The notes under the pieces: generated by a model
Seen by the model: only the letters and a program-made list of their open reading frames with translations
Databases searched by the model: none
What the model was told of the DNA's origin: nothing
Shown here: positions 20,047-29,728 of the stretch, one piece after another
Layout of the letters: each line of letters begins with the position of its first letter
Numbering within the stretch: the first letter of the stretch is position 1
Position numbers and translations under genes: made by a program
DNA from: an uncultured bacterium
GTDB lineage: Bacteria; Bacteroidota; Bacteroidia; Bacteroidales; CAIWKO01
DNA: 64,000 bases
Direction: 5' to 3'
Assembly (NCBI GenBank): GCA_903862465.1
Contig: CAIOYH010000010.1
Span: forward strand, 18,998-82,997

Positions 20047-21339
20047 ATGAGGTTTCTTTTTGCTTGTTTGTTCAATCTGTTTGTCTTGAGTCCGATATTT
20101 GCTCAAAACAAATATCTTATCAAACCCGAGAATGCTGATTGCCAAAAAGCCATCGAAATCAAAGATACCATCTTCGGACCCACCAATGCACCCTCGGGCT
20201 ATGGAAACGTGATGGAAGTTTCAGGCGATAAAAACAGCCTCTATAGCTTCGAGCAAGAACACAACACCGTATGGTATTTTTTCAAAGTCAAAAACGATTG
20301 CCTCTTAGAGCTCGACATCATCCCCGTCAACAAAAATGATGATTACGATTTTGTTCTCTATAAATATAATGGAAAAACCTTCTTTTCAGACCTCGCCGAA
20401 CATAAAGTCAAACCCGTACGAACCTGTATTTCTCGAAACGACAAACAAAACGCTAGCATCACAGGCTTATCCAAAACCGCCACCGATGAATTTATTCATT
20501 CCGGTCCGGGGGCTTCCTTCAGTAAAGCCATTGACGTACGAAAAAACGAAATCTATTATTTGTGTGTTGACAATGTCTATCCCAAAGGCAATGGTCATAC
20601 CGTCTTGTTGCACTATTCAGGCTGCAGAAAAGTGGAAACCGTAGTGCCAAAAAAGACAAACACCCAAACGCCCATTAAAACTACCACCACCACAACACCA
20701 ACCGCATCACTTACCATCACCGCCGTGGACAAAGACACAAAATTGCCCGTCAAAGCCAACCTAAAGATTTATCCTAAAACCAAAGCCGAAGCCGCTCCCG
20801 TCTTAGTATTCGACAGCGTATCGTCTTGCGTTGCCACTTTGCCCACCAATGCTTCTTACGTAGTGAAAAGCGAAGCCAACAATTACTTCGATAATGCGCA
20901 AAGCTTCACGCTGACGGGAATAGGCGCTACCATTCCGGTGAAAATTGAGATGAGTCGTATCAAAGTAGGACAAAACATCGTGTTCGAAAACATATTGTTC
21001 TATTCCGGGCGAGACATCTTTCTGCCCGAATCCCATGCGCCTTTAGAAGTAATAGCCTCCACCATGAAACGCTACCCCACCTTGAAGATAGAAATACAAG
21101 GTCATGTCAATTGCCCCTCGTCTGTGCCCAATTGCGAAGAATTGGAAGACGGCAACATGCAATTGTCCGTTGATCGCGCTAAAGCCGTGAAAAATTACCT
21201 TGAAAAACAAAACATCGCCGCCAATCGGATGACGTTTAAAGGCTTTGGCTCTTCAAAAATGATATATCCCAATGCGCGCAGCGAGGAACAGATGCAGAAA
21301 AATCGTAGGGTGGAGATTATTGTCATGGGTGTACAGTAG
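20047..21339 (+). CDS. OmpA-family protein (C-terminal OmpA-like peptidoglycan-binding domain)
   Basis: 430 aa. Signal peptide. C-terminus LKIEIQGHVN...NMQLSVDRAKAVKNYL...NRRVEI is the OmpA_C signature. Confidence 0.85.
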   Translation: MRFLFACLFNLFVLSPIFAQNKYLIKPENADCQKAIEIKDTIFGPTNAPSGYGNVMEVSGDKNSLYSFEQEHNTVWYFFKVKNDCLLELDIIPVNKNDDYDFVLYKYNGKTFFSDLAEHKVKPVRTCISRNDKQNASITGLSKTATDEFIHSGPGASFSKAIDVRKNEIYYLCVDNVYPKGNGHTVLLHYSGCRKVETVVPKKTNTQTPIKTTTTTTPTASLTITAVDKDTKLPVKANLKIYPKTKAEAAPVLVFDSVSSCVATLPTNASYVVKSEANNYFDNAQSFTLTGIGATIPVKIEMSRIKVGQNIVFENILFYSGRDIFLPESHAPLEVIASTMKRYPTLKIEIQGHVNCPSSVPNCEELEDGNMQLSVDRAKAVKNYLEKQNIAANRMTFKGFGSSKMIYPNARSEEQMQKNRRVEIIVMGVQ

Positions 21340-21360
21340 AGACACAAAATTTTGTGTCTC
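21339..21360 (+). terminator. Perfect 22-nt palindrome overlapping the OmpA-family stop codon (possible terminator hairpin, no T-run)
   Basis: gagacacaaaattttgtgtctc is its own reverse complement. Confidence 0.45.
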
Positions 21361-21487
21361 CATAATATAACAGATTTCCCAACAAATCACTTCCGCCGCG
21401 CCTTCGCAAACGCATTTCCCTCTCCTATTGATAAATTAAACAGACTAAATGTAAGATTGATGCGTTATTTTCTATAAATGATATTTG

Positions 21488-21763
21488 ATGAGAATAAAGC
21501 TTATTATCGTTGTCTGTTTTATGGTAGCATTGTTGTTTACCTCATGTGCATGGCTTTTCAATGGTTTGGTGCTTCCAAATCAGTGCAAGAAATGCAAAGT
21601 GATTGATAAGTTTACCAACGAGGTGGTTTGGAGCGATGAAGGTTGTGGAAGTGCTATGACTCATCTTGAAGAAAATGCCAAGGTACAAGCGTATGACTTG
21701 AATGCACAAAGTGCAGTGGCACGCTATGAAGTTAGTTGCGATACGTGGACAGGTTCGAATTAA
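21488..21763 (+). CDS. Small putative lipoprotein
   Basis: 91 aa. MRIKLIIVVCFMVALLFTSC has a lipobox-like signal; the protein is Cys-rich. No homology recognised. Confidence 0.5.
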   Translation: MRIKLIIVVCFMVALLFTSCAWLFNGLVLPNQCKKCKVIDKFTNEVVWSDEGCGSAMTHLEENAKVQAYDLNAQSAVARYEVSCDTWTGSN

Positions 21764-21836
21764 AATTAAGCTTTATATTCATTGTACATTAATGTTTTTT
21801 TTACAACAATATGTGTCTGCCCGTTCAGCTGAGGTT

Positions 21837-21875
21837 CCACCTCAGTCGCCCTTATCTTTTTAGGCTCTGCCTAAA
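21837..21875 (+). repeat. Dispersed ~40-nt 3'-end element, copy 1 (CCACCTCAGTCgCCcTTATC-TTTTTAGGCTCTGCCTAAA)
   Basis: Ends in the hairpin TTTAGGC-tct-GCCTAAA and lies 74 nt after the stop of 21488-21763. Related copies are at 40983, 55086 and 55596. Confidence 0.7.
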
Positions 21876-22288
21876 TCACATGAATCTGCCAGGTTTTCAA
21901 AATCTTGCAGATTTCATTGCTCCCCACTTGACTGCCTAGCCATTCGCGCCCTCCTGCACAATCAAATTCATCCTACAAGTCGCGTCCCGACTAAAACTAT
22001 TGTGTTCTAATGTGCCTATTGTGGTAAAATAATCATATCTAATCATAAAAATCAGCGTCATTAGCGTTCCTCCTCAAATCCGTCTCATCCGTGTTCCATT
22101 TCCCCTCCAAAAAAAATGCCTGAACATATCTATTTATATTCCGCCATGTTATAGCCCCTTATTTCAAGGGGTTGGGGTTAAAAAAACAATCCAAAAAAAA
22201 GAGCCTGAACACCCCGTCCAAACTCCTTTTTTACTATTTTCAAATTAAATCTTAATTCAAAAATCTAAAATCTAAAATCTAAAATTTC

Positions 22289-23182
22289 CTAATCCACCAC
22301 TATCTCAAAATTAAAATCATTCGACCTTCCCCTCACAATATGTATATGTGCCAAAACAACCACTTTCCCATTAAACACACCGGTCAACACATCATTCCCG
22401 TTTCTCACCCTTGCCAAAGTAGCCAAACCTTCCCAATTCGTGCTAGCTGTTTTCTCTGCTTTAGTCAATGTAAAAACTACACTTTCCATCGCCTTGCCCG
22501 TACCTTTTTCCGAAACGCAAATATTCACATACGTATGATGCACATTCACCGCAGGAATCTCCATCGCAGTCATTACCCTATCATAAAACGCTTTATTACT
22601 CTTTTTATAGGGCTTCAACAACATCTTCAACTGCTCAATCAATTTCCTAACAGGCTTAAAACTCTCCACAAAAGCTTCCGTCAATGCAGGCGACTCCTCA
22701 TGTTTCGCATCGCTCGTACCCTTCACCACGCCAAACGCATCAATCTCATCCTGCAAATCCTCAAGCATTTCCTCCGTAACATCATCTCCCAAATCTTCCA
22801 CATTTTCCAACATAATATCATGCGCACTTTGCGCCAAAGCTTGGCAAGCCACATCCGCCAACGAACTATAATCCGTTTCATTCACATGCAATGTATCCGC
22901 TATATCTGTCTTACCCAAATCAGTCAAAGCCACATGTGACAAACCCGCATAAGTAGAAACAGTGTAGCTCAATTCAAGCTTTTTCTCTTGTTTCAATTCG
23001 CTATAACCGCTATTATCAGGAAATGCTGCGGCTGCCGCCTGCCTATTCGCCAAAGTTGCCGCCTTATATTGTCCAAACTTTGCATTTAATTTCACATTAT
23101 TTGTATAACAATCACTATCTAGTCCCATTTGGGTCTCCGTAGCCTGATTACGGGTCATTTCAATTTGTTCAATATTATTCAT
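22289..23182 (-). CDS. Orphan hypothetical protein (acidic helical N-terminal region, Ig/CarboxypepD_reg-like beta C-terminus), preceded by 21-bp array B
   Basis: Start chosen at MNNIEQIEM; the ORF-track start at 23215 is also possible. The C-terminus VNICVSEKGTGKAMESVVFTL...GKVVVLAHIHIVRGRSNDFNFEI looks like a beta-sandwich. Confidence 0.7.
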   Translation of the reverse strand: MNNIEQIEMTRNQATETQMGLDSDCYTNNVKLNAKFGQYKAATLANRQAAAAAFPDNSGYSELKQEKKLELSYTVSTYAGLSHVALTDLGKTDIADTLHVNETDYSSLADVACQALAQSAHDIMLENVEDLGDDVTEEMLEDLQDEIDAFGVVKGTSDAKHEESPALTEAFVESFKPVRKLIEQLKMLLKPYKKSNKAFYDRVMTAMEIPAVNVHHTYVNICVSEKGTGKAMESVVFTLTKAEKTASTNWEGLATLARVRNGNDVLTGVFNGKVVVLAHIHIVRGRSNDFNFEIVVD

Positions 23183-23348
23183 AACTCGTCTTTTTTTGTT
23201 AATGATTTTTGGCAAAAATAATACTTTTTTTGATTCCTACGAATAATTATAGAAAATATTTTTATCACTATTTAATATTCTGTCCCACTGTTATATATAA
23301 CATATAATAAATTTGTTTTCGTCAAAACGAGTCAATTAATTAATCGAA

Positions 23349-23600
23349 TTAATGTTCATTTTTCCCCTGTTGATGTCCGTTTTTTTCCACGTGATGTGCA
23401 TTGATTCTCTATTGATGTTCATTTTTTCTCCGTTGATACTGATAAGTTCCACGTTGATGATGGTTAGTTCCCTGTTGATGCTCATTAGTTCTACGTTGAT
23501 GTTCATTTTTTGCCCAATGATGTTCATTAGTTCTCTATTGATGTCCATTTTTTGCCTGTTGATGTTCGTTTTTTGCCTGTTGATGTCCATTTTTTGTCTG
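23349..23600. repeat. Tandem array B: 12 units, exact 21-bp period, consensus TTGATGTYCATTTTTTGCCTG
   Basis: Units start at 23349, 23370, 23391, ... 23580 with no indel. The array lies 134-167 bp upstream of the start of 22289-23182/23215. Confidence 0.95.
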
Positions 23601-23833
23601 TCGAACTATGTTTGAAATCTTTCAAAATTCACTTAAAAACGTCTATATTTCACATATTCACCGATTTACAACAATATTGTCAGGTTTAACATCTTATTGT
23701 ATCATTACCCATTCAATTTCCACAATTATCCCCATCAAATAACCAAATCAATTGAAATATTTAGCCAATCAACCAATTTGCCCAATGACCAAAAATGACC
23801 ATTAATGACAATAAATGATCTAGAATTAACCAA

Positions 23834-24229
23834 TCAACTAAAAGTAAACAACAAATTGGCGAAGAAATTCCAAACCATGACAATAACGATGACGAAGAGC
23901 TTAGAGAGATAGAAGTTCTTTTGGAATTTGCTAACCAATATCCATAGAAAGAAGGTGCTAATGCCAAGTCCGATGAGGGAGATGGCGAAGAAACGGAAGT
24001 ATTCGAAAGCGATTTCGGGGTTGGTGCTGTGGAAGGTCCAAATGCGGTTGAGGAAATAGTTGGAGGTGGCTGCAACGGTGAAGCCACAGGCGTTAGCGAC
24101 GTATTTTTGTATCTTGAGGTATTCTTTGCAGATATAAGTGATGCCAAAGTCAATAATCACGCCCGAACAGCCGACGATTCCGAACTTAAGGAACTTGAGT
24201 AGGAAGGCTTTGGTGAGATATTGAAACAT
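23834..24229 (-). CDS. GtrA-family membrane protein
   Basis: 131 aa with 4 TM segments. KFGIVGCSGVIIDFGI and NYFLNRIWTF are typical of the GtrA family. Confidence 0.85.
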   Translation of the reverse strand: MFQYLTKAFLLKFLKFGIVGCSGVIIDFGITYICKEYLKIQKYVANACGFTVAATSNYFLNRIWTFHSTNPEIAFEYFRFFAISLIGLGISTFFLWILVSKFQKNFYLSKLFVIVIVMVWNFFANLLFTFS

Positions 24230-24241
24230 GATGCGGGCGGT

Positions 24242-25852
24242 TTACTTATGGTTTAGGACTTCGACGGCTTTTTCGAACACTTTGTCGGCGGGCAACACGG
24301 CGGGATAGTAGGCTGCATCGTCGAAGATGTTGCGTCCGATGGCACCCTTGATGAGTGCTTTGAGGGTGGTTTCGGCGGCTTTGATGCCTTCGTCGTCGCG
24401 TTTGATGCCATTCTTTTCGGCGAAAGCGATAAATTCTTGGAAGATGGCGGGCGTCACGCTGAACTCCAACAAATATTTTCGAGCATTGATGTAGCATCGT
24501 AGAAACTTGCGATGGTTGTCGGCATAGTCGAAGCCAAAGTCGTAGATGAGTCCTTTGTTGAGGATTTTGCGATAGTAGTCAGATAGGAATTCGGTTTTGT
24601 AGGGCACGTAGATGTCGGGCATGATGCCGCCGCCGCCATAGACGATTTTGCCGCCAGGGGTTTTGTATTTGATGGTGTCAGCTAGGTTGACGCTGTCCAT
24701 GGCTTCGGCTTCGTCTTCCACGAGGCGTTTGTAGAAGTCCATGTAATATTTCTCGTAGTCGCCGGAATAAGGCTTCTGAATGCAGCGACCGGTGGGGGTG
24801 TGATAGCGTGCGACGGTGAGGCGAATGGCAGAGCCGTCGCCCAACTGAATTTGTTCTTGCACCAAACCTTTGCCGAAGGAGCGACGACCGATGATGGTGC
24901 CACGGTCGTTGTCTTGGATGGCGCCGGAGACGATTTCGGTGGCGGAGGCAGAGAATTCGTCGATGAGGATGACTAAATCGTTGTTTTCGAAGAGCCCATC
25001 GGAGGTGGCGTAGTAGCTTTTCTTGGGACGATGGGAGCCTTCGGTGTAAACAATGAGTTTCTTGGCTGAAAGGAATTCGTCGGCAATGTTGATGGCAGCA
25101 TCGAGATAGCCGCCGCCATTGCCGCGCATATCGAAGATGAGTTTGGTCATGCCTTGCTTGGTCATTTTGCTTAGCGCCGCATCTATTTCATCGAAAGTGG
25201 AAGCCGAAAACTTGCTGAGTTTGATGTAGCCGATGTTTTGGTTGACCATATAAGAGTAATCCACAGCGTTGGTTGGGATGACATTGCGGGTGATGGCAAA
25301 GTCGTAGTACTTTTTCTCCGACTTGCGATAGATGTTTACATTAACAGTGGTGCCGCGTTTTCCTTTGAGGCGCTTCATCACGTCCACATCTTTAATTTTG
25401 ACACCGGCAGCGTTTTTGCCGTCAATCTTCACGATGCGGTCGCCGCCCAAGATGCCCAACTTTTCGGAAGGACCACCGGGGACGGTGTTGAGCACGGTGA
25501 TGGTGTCGTGAATCACGCGGAATTGCACGCCGATGCCATCGAAATTGCCCATCAAGGGGTCGTTGACATCGTTGAATTCGTCGGCACTGATGTAGGCTGA
25601 ATGTGGATCAAGAGTTTGCAGGAGGCTGTTCAGCGACTTCTCGGTAAGGTTGTTTTTGTTGATGGTATCCACATAATCGTTTTGGATATAATTCATCACG
25701 TCGTTGAATTTGTCGTAATGATTCGACTTAAAGGAAAAGAGATTCCCTCTGCCGTTTAGGGCAGGGATGAGGGTTGTACCAAGAAAGATACCCAAAATCA
25801 GCGTAAGCGCGAAAAAGATGGGCAAGTAGATAAATGGGCGTTTGTTTTCCAT
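24242..25852 (-). CDS. S41-family C-terminal processing peptidase (PDZ + peptidase S41)
   Basis: 536 aa. N-terminal anchor; PDZ segment GGPSEKLGILGGDRIVKIDG; catalytic region ILIDEFSASATEIVSGAIQD...GKGLVQ. Confidence 0.92.
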   Translation of the reverse strand: MENKRPFIYLPIFFALTLILGIFLGTTLIPALNGRGNLFSFKSNHYDKFNDVMNYIQNDYVDTINKNNLTEKSLNSLLQTLDPHSAYISADEFNDVNDPLMGNFDGIGVQFRVIHDTITVLNTVPGGPSEKLGILGGDRIVKIDGKNAAGVKIKDVDVMKRLKGKRGTTVNVNIYRKSEKKYYDFAITRNVIPTNAVDYSYMVNQNIGYIKLSKFSASTFDEIDAALSKMTKQGMTKLIFDMRGNGGGYLDAAINIADEFLSAKKLIVYTEGSHRPKKSYYATSDGLFENNDLVILIDEFSASATEIVSGAIQDNDRGTIIGRRSFGKGLVQEQIQLGDGSAIRLTVARYHTPTGRCIQKPYSGDYEKYYMDFYKRLVEDEAEAMDSVNLADTIKYKTPGGKIVYGGGGIMPDIYVPYKTEFLSDYYRKILNKGLIYDFGFDYADNHRKFLRCYINARKYLLEFSVTPAIFQEFIAFAEKNGIKRDDEGIKAAETTLKALIKGAIGRNIFDDAAYYPAVLPADKVFEKAVEVLNHK

Positions 25853-25931
25853 AAATGGAATGTTTTAAATTAAAAACAGGTTGCCAATAAAGCATGTTTA
25901 TAGGGCTTTAAATGACAACCTGTTCGAATGT

Positions 25932-26015
25932 ACCCGAGGCCGGAATCGAACCGGCACGAGTGTAACCTCATCGGTTTTTGAGACCGACGCGTCTACCAAT
26001 TCCGCCACTCGGGCT
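25932..26015 (-). tRNA. tRNA-Leu (anticodon CAA), long variable arm
   Basis: The reverse complement GCCCGAGTGGCGGAATTGGTAGACGCGTCGGTCTCAAAAACCGATGAGGTTACACTCGTGCCGGTTCGATTCCGGCCTCGGGTA folds as a cloverleaf. Acceptor GCCCGAG/CTCGGGT, anticodon loop CT-CAA-AA, T-loop GGTTCGATTCC. Confidence 0.9.
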
Positions 26016-26209
26016 AAGATGTGATCAGAACGTTTTGTTTAAATTGGTTTGCAAAAGTAGTAATTAGTTTTAACATAGCGAAAGAAAAAATAATAATTCC
26101 GCTAAATTATTTTTATAGCAAGGTTTATTATGCCTAAACTTATAAGGTTTATTGCATCTGCAAACTATATATATTCCATCTTCACTATAACTATATTTCA
26201 AAGAAAACA

Positions 26210-28825
26210 CTACTCTTTTATTATTTTTCTGCATAGAGAAGTCGTTCCGTTGGATAGTTTCAACACATAGATACCTGCGGGAAAGTTCTCGGTGGAGATA
26301 CGAAGTTTGTCTAAGATTTTGTTGATATAAAGCACTTCGCCGATGGTGTTCATCACTTCAACCGTCAGGATGTCCTTGTTTCCATCTATCATGATGTTGA
26401 CTTCGTTGGTAACAGGATTGGGGAAAATGCTGATGGCTTGGGCGATTTCGTTGAAAGCGATGCCCGCATTGGTCACGTGTAAGATGTTGGAGGTGTCGGA
26501 AGGGCATCCGCCAACATTGACAATAACATAATAATCACCGTTCACGGTAATGGTGAAGGTTTGATTGGTGGCACCACCGATGGCGCCGCTTTGGCTGTAC
26601 CATTGGTTGCCTGTGGTAGCACTCGAATAGAGCACGCCACCTACTTGCGTGATTACAGGTGTTGGTGGTGTGGCGGGAGGTGGATTTATCACTACAGATG
26701 AAGGTGTCGAGGTGCATCCTGCACTATTGGTTACGGTGAAGGCATTGGTGCCCGGGGTAAGACCCGACAAGGTGATGGAGGTTCCTGATCCTGACATATT
26801 GCCGGGATTGATGACCCACGTTCCTGATGCAGGTAAGCCTGACAGCAGCACGCTCCCCGTGCCAACGGTACACGTAGGTTGGGTAATAGTTCCAACGATA
26901 GGAGCCGCAGGAACAGCAGGAGCCGCATTGATTACGATATTAGAAGTTGGAGGGGAGGTGCATCCACGTGCAATAGTCACGGTGAAGGTATAAGTTCCCG
27001 GAGCCAAACCTGTGATGTTCTTGGTGGTTCCCGAGCCTACTATGTTCCCCGGATTGATGGTCCAAGAGCCGCTAGCGGGTAAGCCACTCAGGGCGACACT
27101 TCCTGTAGGCAAAGTACAGGTAGGTTGTGTGATGGTTCCAACTGTTGGTGCAGCAGCCGCTGCTACTACCGAGCCGCTTGCCGTAACAGCAGCACTCCAA
27201 CAGCTACCGTTGTAGGCGCGTACCCATACGTTGTACGTACCCAAGGTGGTTGCTGTGGTGAAGGTGTTTGCCGAATTGGATGTTTCGGTGCCCGTTGCGG
27301 AGCTAACCCAATAGCAGGTGCCCGATGCGCAACTGCCTTTGGTGAAGGTGACTCCCGTGCCAACGCATTGGGGACTATTGCTCGTGATGGCTCCCGGAAC
27401 GGGTGGCGCTTGAATCACTATAACAGTGGTGGTGGTTGATGTGGCAGAGTTGCTGCCTGCCGGACAAGTGGAGGTGCAATAATAATACGTGGTATCTGTT
27501 AGTGTGGGCGAGTTGAAAGATGTGGTGGTTGCTGAGGGAACAATCGCAAAGTTGACATTGTTTGTCGAGGAATACCATTGGTATAATATGCCCGTTTCCG
27601 TAGAAAATCCAGACAAGAAGATGTTGCTCTGACCTGAACACGCGATGGTGCTTGGGCTGCACATGGCTGTTCCGGCAGGAGGTATGCCTATTACGGTGAC
27701 GCTTGCCGTATTCGATGTGTCGGTCAATCCGCTATTGGTGCAGGTGGATATGCAGTAGTAATATGTGGTGGTCGTTATGGAAGGGGTGGTGTAGCTAACG
27801 CCATTGGCACCGGATATTAGGTTGAAATTTACGTTATTTGTTGACGAATACCATTGAAAGGTGATGCCTGCATCGGTAGTATAATTCGTTAAGGTGAGTA
27901 CGCTGTTGCCGGAACAAACACGCGATGTTGGGTTAGCCGTTGCCGTACCAGGGGAAGGAGCTCCCGAACAAGGGGTAACAATCACCGTATAATGCAACAC
28001 AACTTGTCCGCGAGCGCCCGCGCCGCCCGACACATTGCTTTGCCATGAACCTGCACCACCGCCGCCGCCGCTAGGTATGTTGCCTGCTGTGCCCGCTCCG
28101 CCTGTGAAAGAGCCTATCCAACCCGTGCCGCCATTACCGCCTGCTGTTCCTGTGCCCACACTGCCGCCGGCACCGCCATTCGCTGTTCCCGTGCCGGGAC
28201 CGCCAGTGGAGCCGTTGCTGCCATTGCCGGCACCGCCGCCGCCGCCGCCGCCCCAACTCGTGGTGCTCACCGTGCCTACAGAGCCATTGCCGCCCGTACG
28301 ATTCAGCGTGCCGCCTGCGCCTGTGCCGCCTGTACCTGCTAGAGCATTACCGTTGTCAACATTGGTGCAATGTCCGCCTGTGCCGCCTAGGGCGCTGAGG
28401 TTGAATCCTGTGCCAACGAAAGTTGTTGTTCCTCCGGTTCCTCCGACAGCCGTGCCGCCGCCTGCGCCTGCGCTTCCACCCGTGCCTACCGTATAGTTGA
28501 AAACCAATCCCGGTGTCACTGCTGCCGTTGCTGCTGCATAGCCGCCGCCACCACCGCCACCGCCTGTGGTGCCGTAGGTGCCTGAACTTCCCGATGCACC
28601 GCCACCGCCGCCACCGCCGCCTTGACATTCTACGGATAAGGACGTGACGCCTAAAGGCACTGTCCACGAACCGGATGTGACAAGTGTGACTGTGGTTTGT
28701 GAAAATGCGCCTAAGCTAGCTATCAACATGAATAATGCTGATAGGAATAGGGATTTGCTTCGTTGCAACATGTTTAAGATGCTTGCAGATGAGCTGAGAA
28801 ATGAAAAGAGACGGTTTTTTTTCAT
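26210..28825 (-). CDS. Large secreted glycine-rich multi-repeat protein with T9SS type A C-terminal sorting domain
   Basis: Start set at MKKNRLF (M at 28771 also possible), with signal-like FMLIASLGAFSQ. A ~270-aa Gly-rich region includes G8-G9 runs. It is followed by two pairs of Cys-containing Ig-like repeats (QWYSSTNNVNF..YYYC; VGTITQPTC..SGLPASG). The C-terminus FPNPVTNEVNI...GIYVLKLSNG...KIIKE is a T9SS CTD. Confidence 0.85.
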   Translation of the reverse strand: MKKNRLFSFLSSSASILNMLQRSKSLFLSALFMLIASLGAFSQTTVTLVTSGSWTVPLGVTSLSVECQGGGGGGGGASGSSGTYGTTGGGGGGGGYAAATAAVTPGLVFNYTVGTGGSAGAGGGTAVGGTGGTTTFVGTGFNLSALGGTGGHCTNVDNGNALAGTGGTGAGGTLNRTGGNGSVGTVSTTSWGGGGGGGAGNGSNGSTGGPGTGTANGGAGGSVGTGTAGGNGGTGWIGSFTGGAGTAGNIPSGGGGGAGSWQSNVSGGAGARGQVVLHYTVIVTPCSGAPSPGTATANPTSRVCSGNSVLTLTNYTTDAGITFQWYSSTNNVNFNLISGANGVSYTTPSITTTTYYYCISTCTNSGLTDTSNTASVTVIGIPPAGTAMCSPSTIACSGQSNIFLSGFSTETGILYQWYSSTNNVNFAIVPSATTTSFNSPTLTDTTYYYCTSTCPAGSNSATSTTTTVIVIQAPPVPGAITSNSPQCVGTGVTFTKGSCASGTCYWVSSATGTETSNSANTFTTATTLGTYNVWVRAYNGSCWSAAVTASGSVVAAAAAPTVGTITQPTCTLPTGSVALSGLPASGSWTINPGNIVGSGTTKNITGLAPGTYTFTVTIARGCTSPPTSNIVINAAPAVPAAPIVGTITQPTCTVGTGSVLLSGLPASGTWVINPGNMSGSGTSITLSGLTPGTNAFTVTNSAGCTSTPSSVVINPPPATPPTPVITQVGGVLYSSATTGNQWYSQSGAIGGATNQTFTITVNGDYYVIVNVGGCPSDTSNILHVTNAGIAFNEIAQAISIFPNPVTNEVNIMIDGNKDILTVEVMNTIGEVLYINKILDKLRISTENFPAGIYVLKLSNGTTSLCRKIIKE

Positions 28826-29061
28826 ACGTTTGTGGATTTCGGTAAGGTTTGATTGGTTTATTTGTACACTCGTTTCGAAATAAAGAGCAAATATAGTGAT
28901 TATTTCGGAATGATTATATTGATATATACCCATATTAACATCAAAATAAACATAAAGCTAGAGGGTTTAACGGCTTAGGCATATCGCATAAAAAGCAACT
29001 TTAACATATCGCCCTGCGAAATAGATAATATGCTCATCAAAATCAACGCAGGTTTAACTAC

Positions 29062-29262
29062 TACGAATTACGAATGAACAAATTACGAATAGGGGTAAAG
29101 CAGGCTGCTATTGTCAGGTATATTAACCACTTCGAATTACGAATAGGCGAATTACGAATGCCACACCCCTTGGTATTTGGAGCTTAGAATTTGGTTCTTG
29201 GGTCTTGGAATTTGGGTCTTCTCCCTTGGTATTTGGAGCTTGGAGCTTGGAATTTGGATCTT
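29062..29262. repeat. Simple-sequence word block: AATTACGAAT x4, then CCTTGGTATTTGGAGCTT x2 with TTGG-rich filler
   Basis: aattacgaat occurs at about 29066, 29081, 29135 and 29150. ccttggtatttggagctt occurs at 29168 and 29224. The block lies between the mscL stop and the Gly-rich protein start. Confidence 0.7.
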
Positions 29263-29293
29263 AAACCGTCATCCAACTATTAACCGCCTCGCC

Positions 29294-29728
29294 CTACTTC
29301 TCCTGTCCCTTCTTCAACAAATCGCGTATCTCCGTCAGGAGTGCTTCTTCCTTGGTGGGAGGTTTGTTTTCGTTGGGGGTGATGGCTAAATCCTTGCGTT
29401 TGCTGATTTTCACCATAGCCTTAAGTATTAAAAATATGGAAAAGGCGATGATAAAAAAATCAAACAAGGTTTGCAGAAAGCTCCCTATTTTGATAGCCAC
29501 TGCCGCTACGGCTCTGCCCGATGTGGGGTCTATATGTGCCTCGCGCAAGGGGATGACAATTTCGTTGAAGTTCACCCCGCCTATCAGCAAGCCAATGGGC
29601 GGCATGATGATGTCGCCGACTAGGGAGGTCACTATTTTGCCGAATGCCGCCCCGATGATGATACCGATGGCGATGTCGATGAGGCTGCTTTTGAGGGCGA
29701 AGTCTTTAAATTCTTTTAATACGCTCAT
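29294..29728 (-). CDS. mscL: Large-conductance mechanosensitive channel
   Basis: 144 aa. LKEFKDFALKSSLIDIAIGIIIGAAFGKIVTSLVGDIIMPPIG is the MscL signature. Confidence 0.93.
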   Translation of the reverse strand: MSVLKEFKDFALKSSLIDIAIGIIIGAAFGKIVTSLVGDIIMPPIGLLIGGVNFNEIVIPLREAHIDPTSGRAVAAVAIKIGSFLQTLFDFFIIAFSIFLILKAMVKISKRKDLAITPNENKPPTKEEALLTEIRDLLKKGQEK

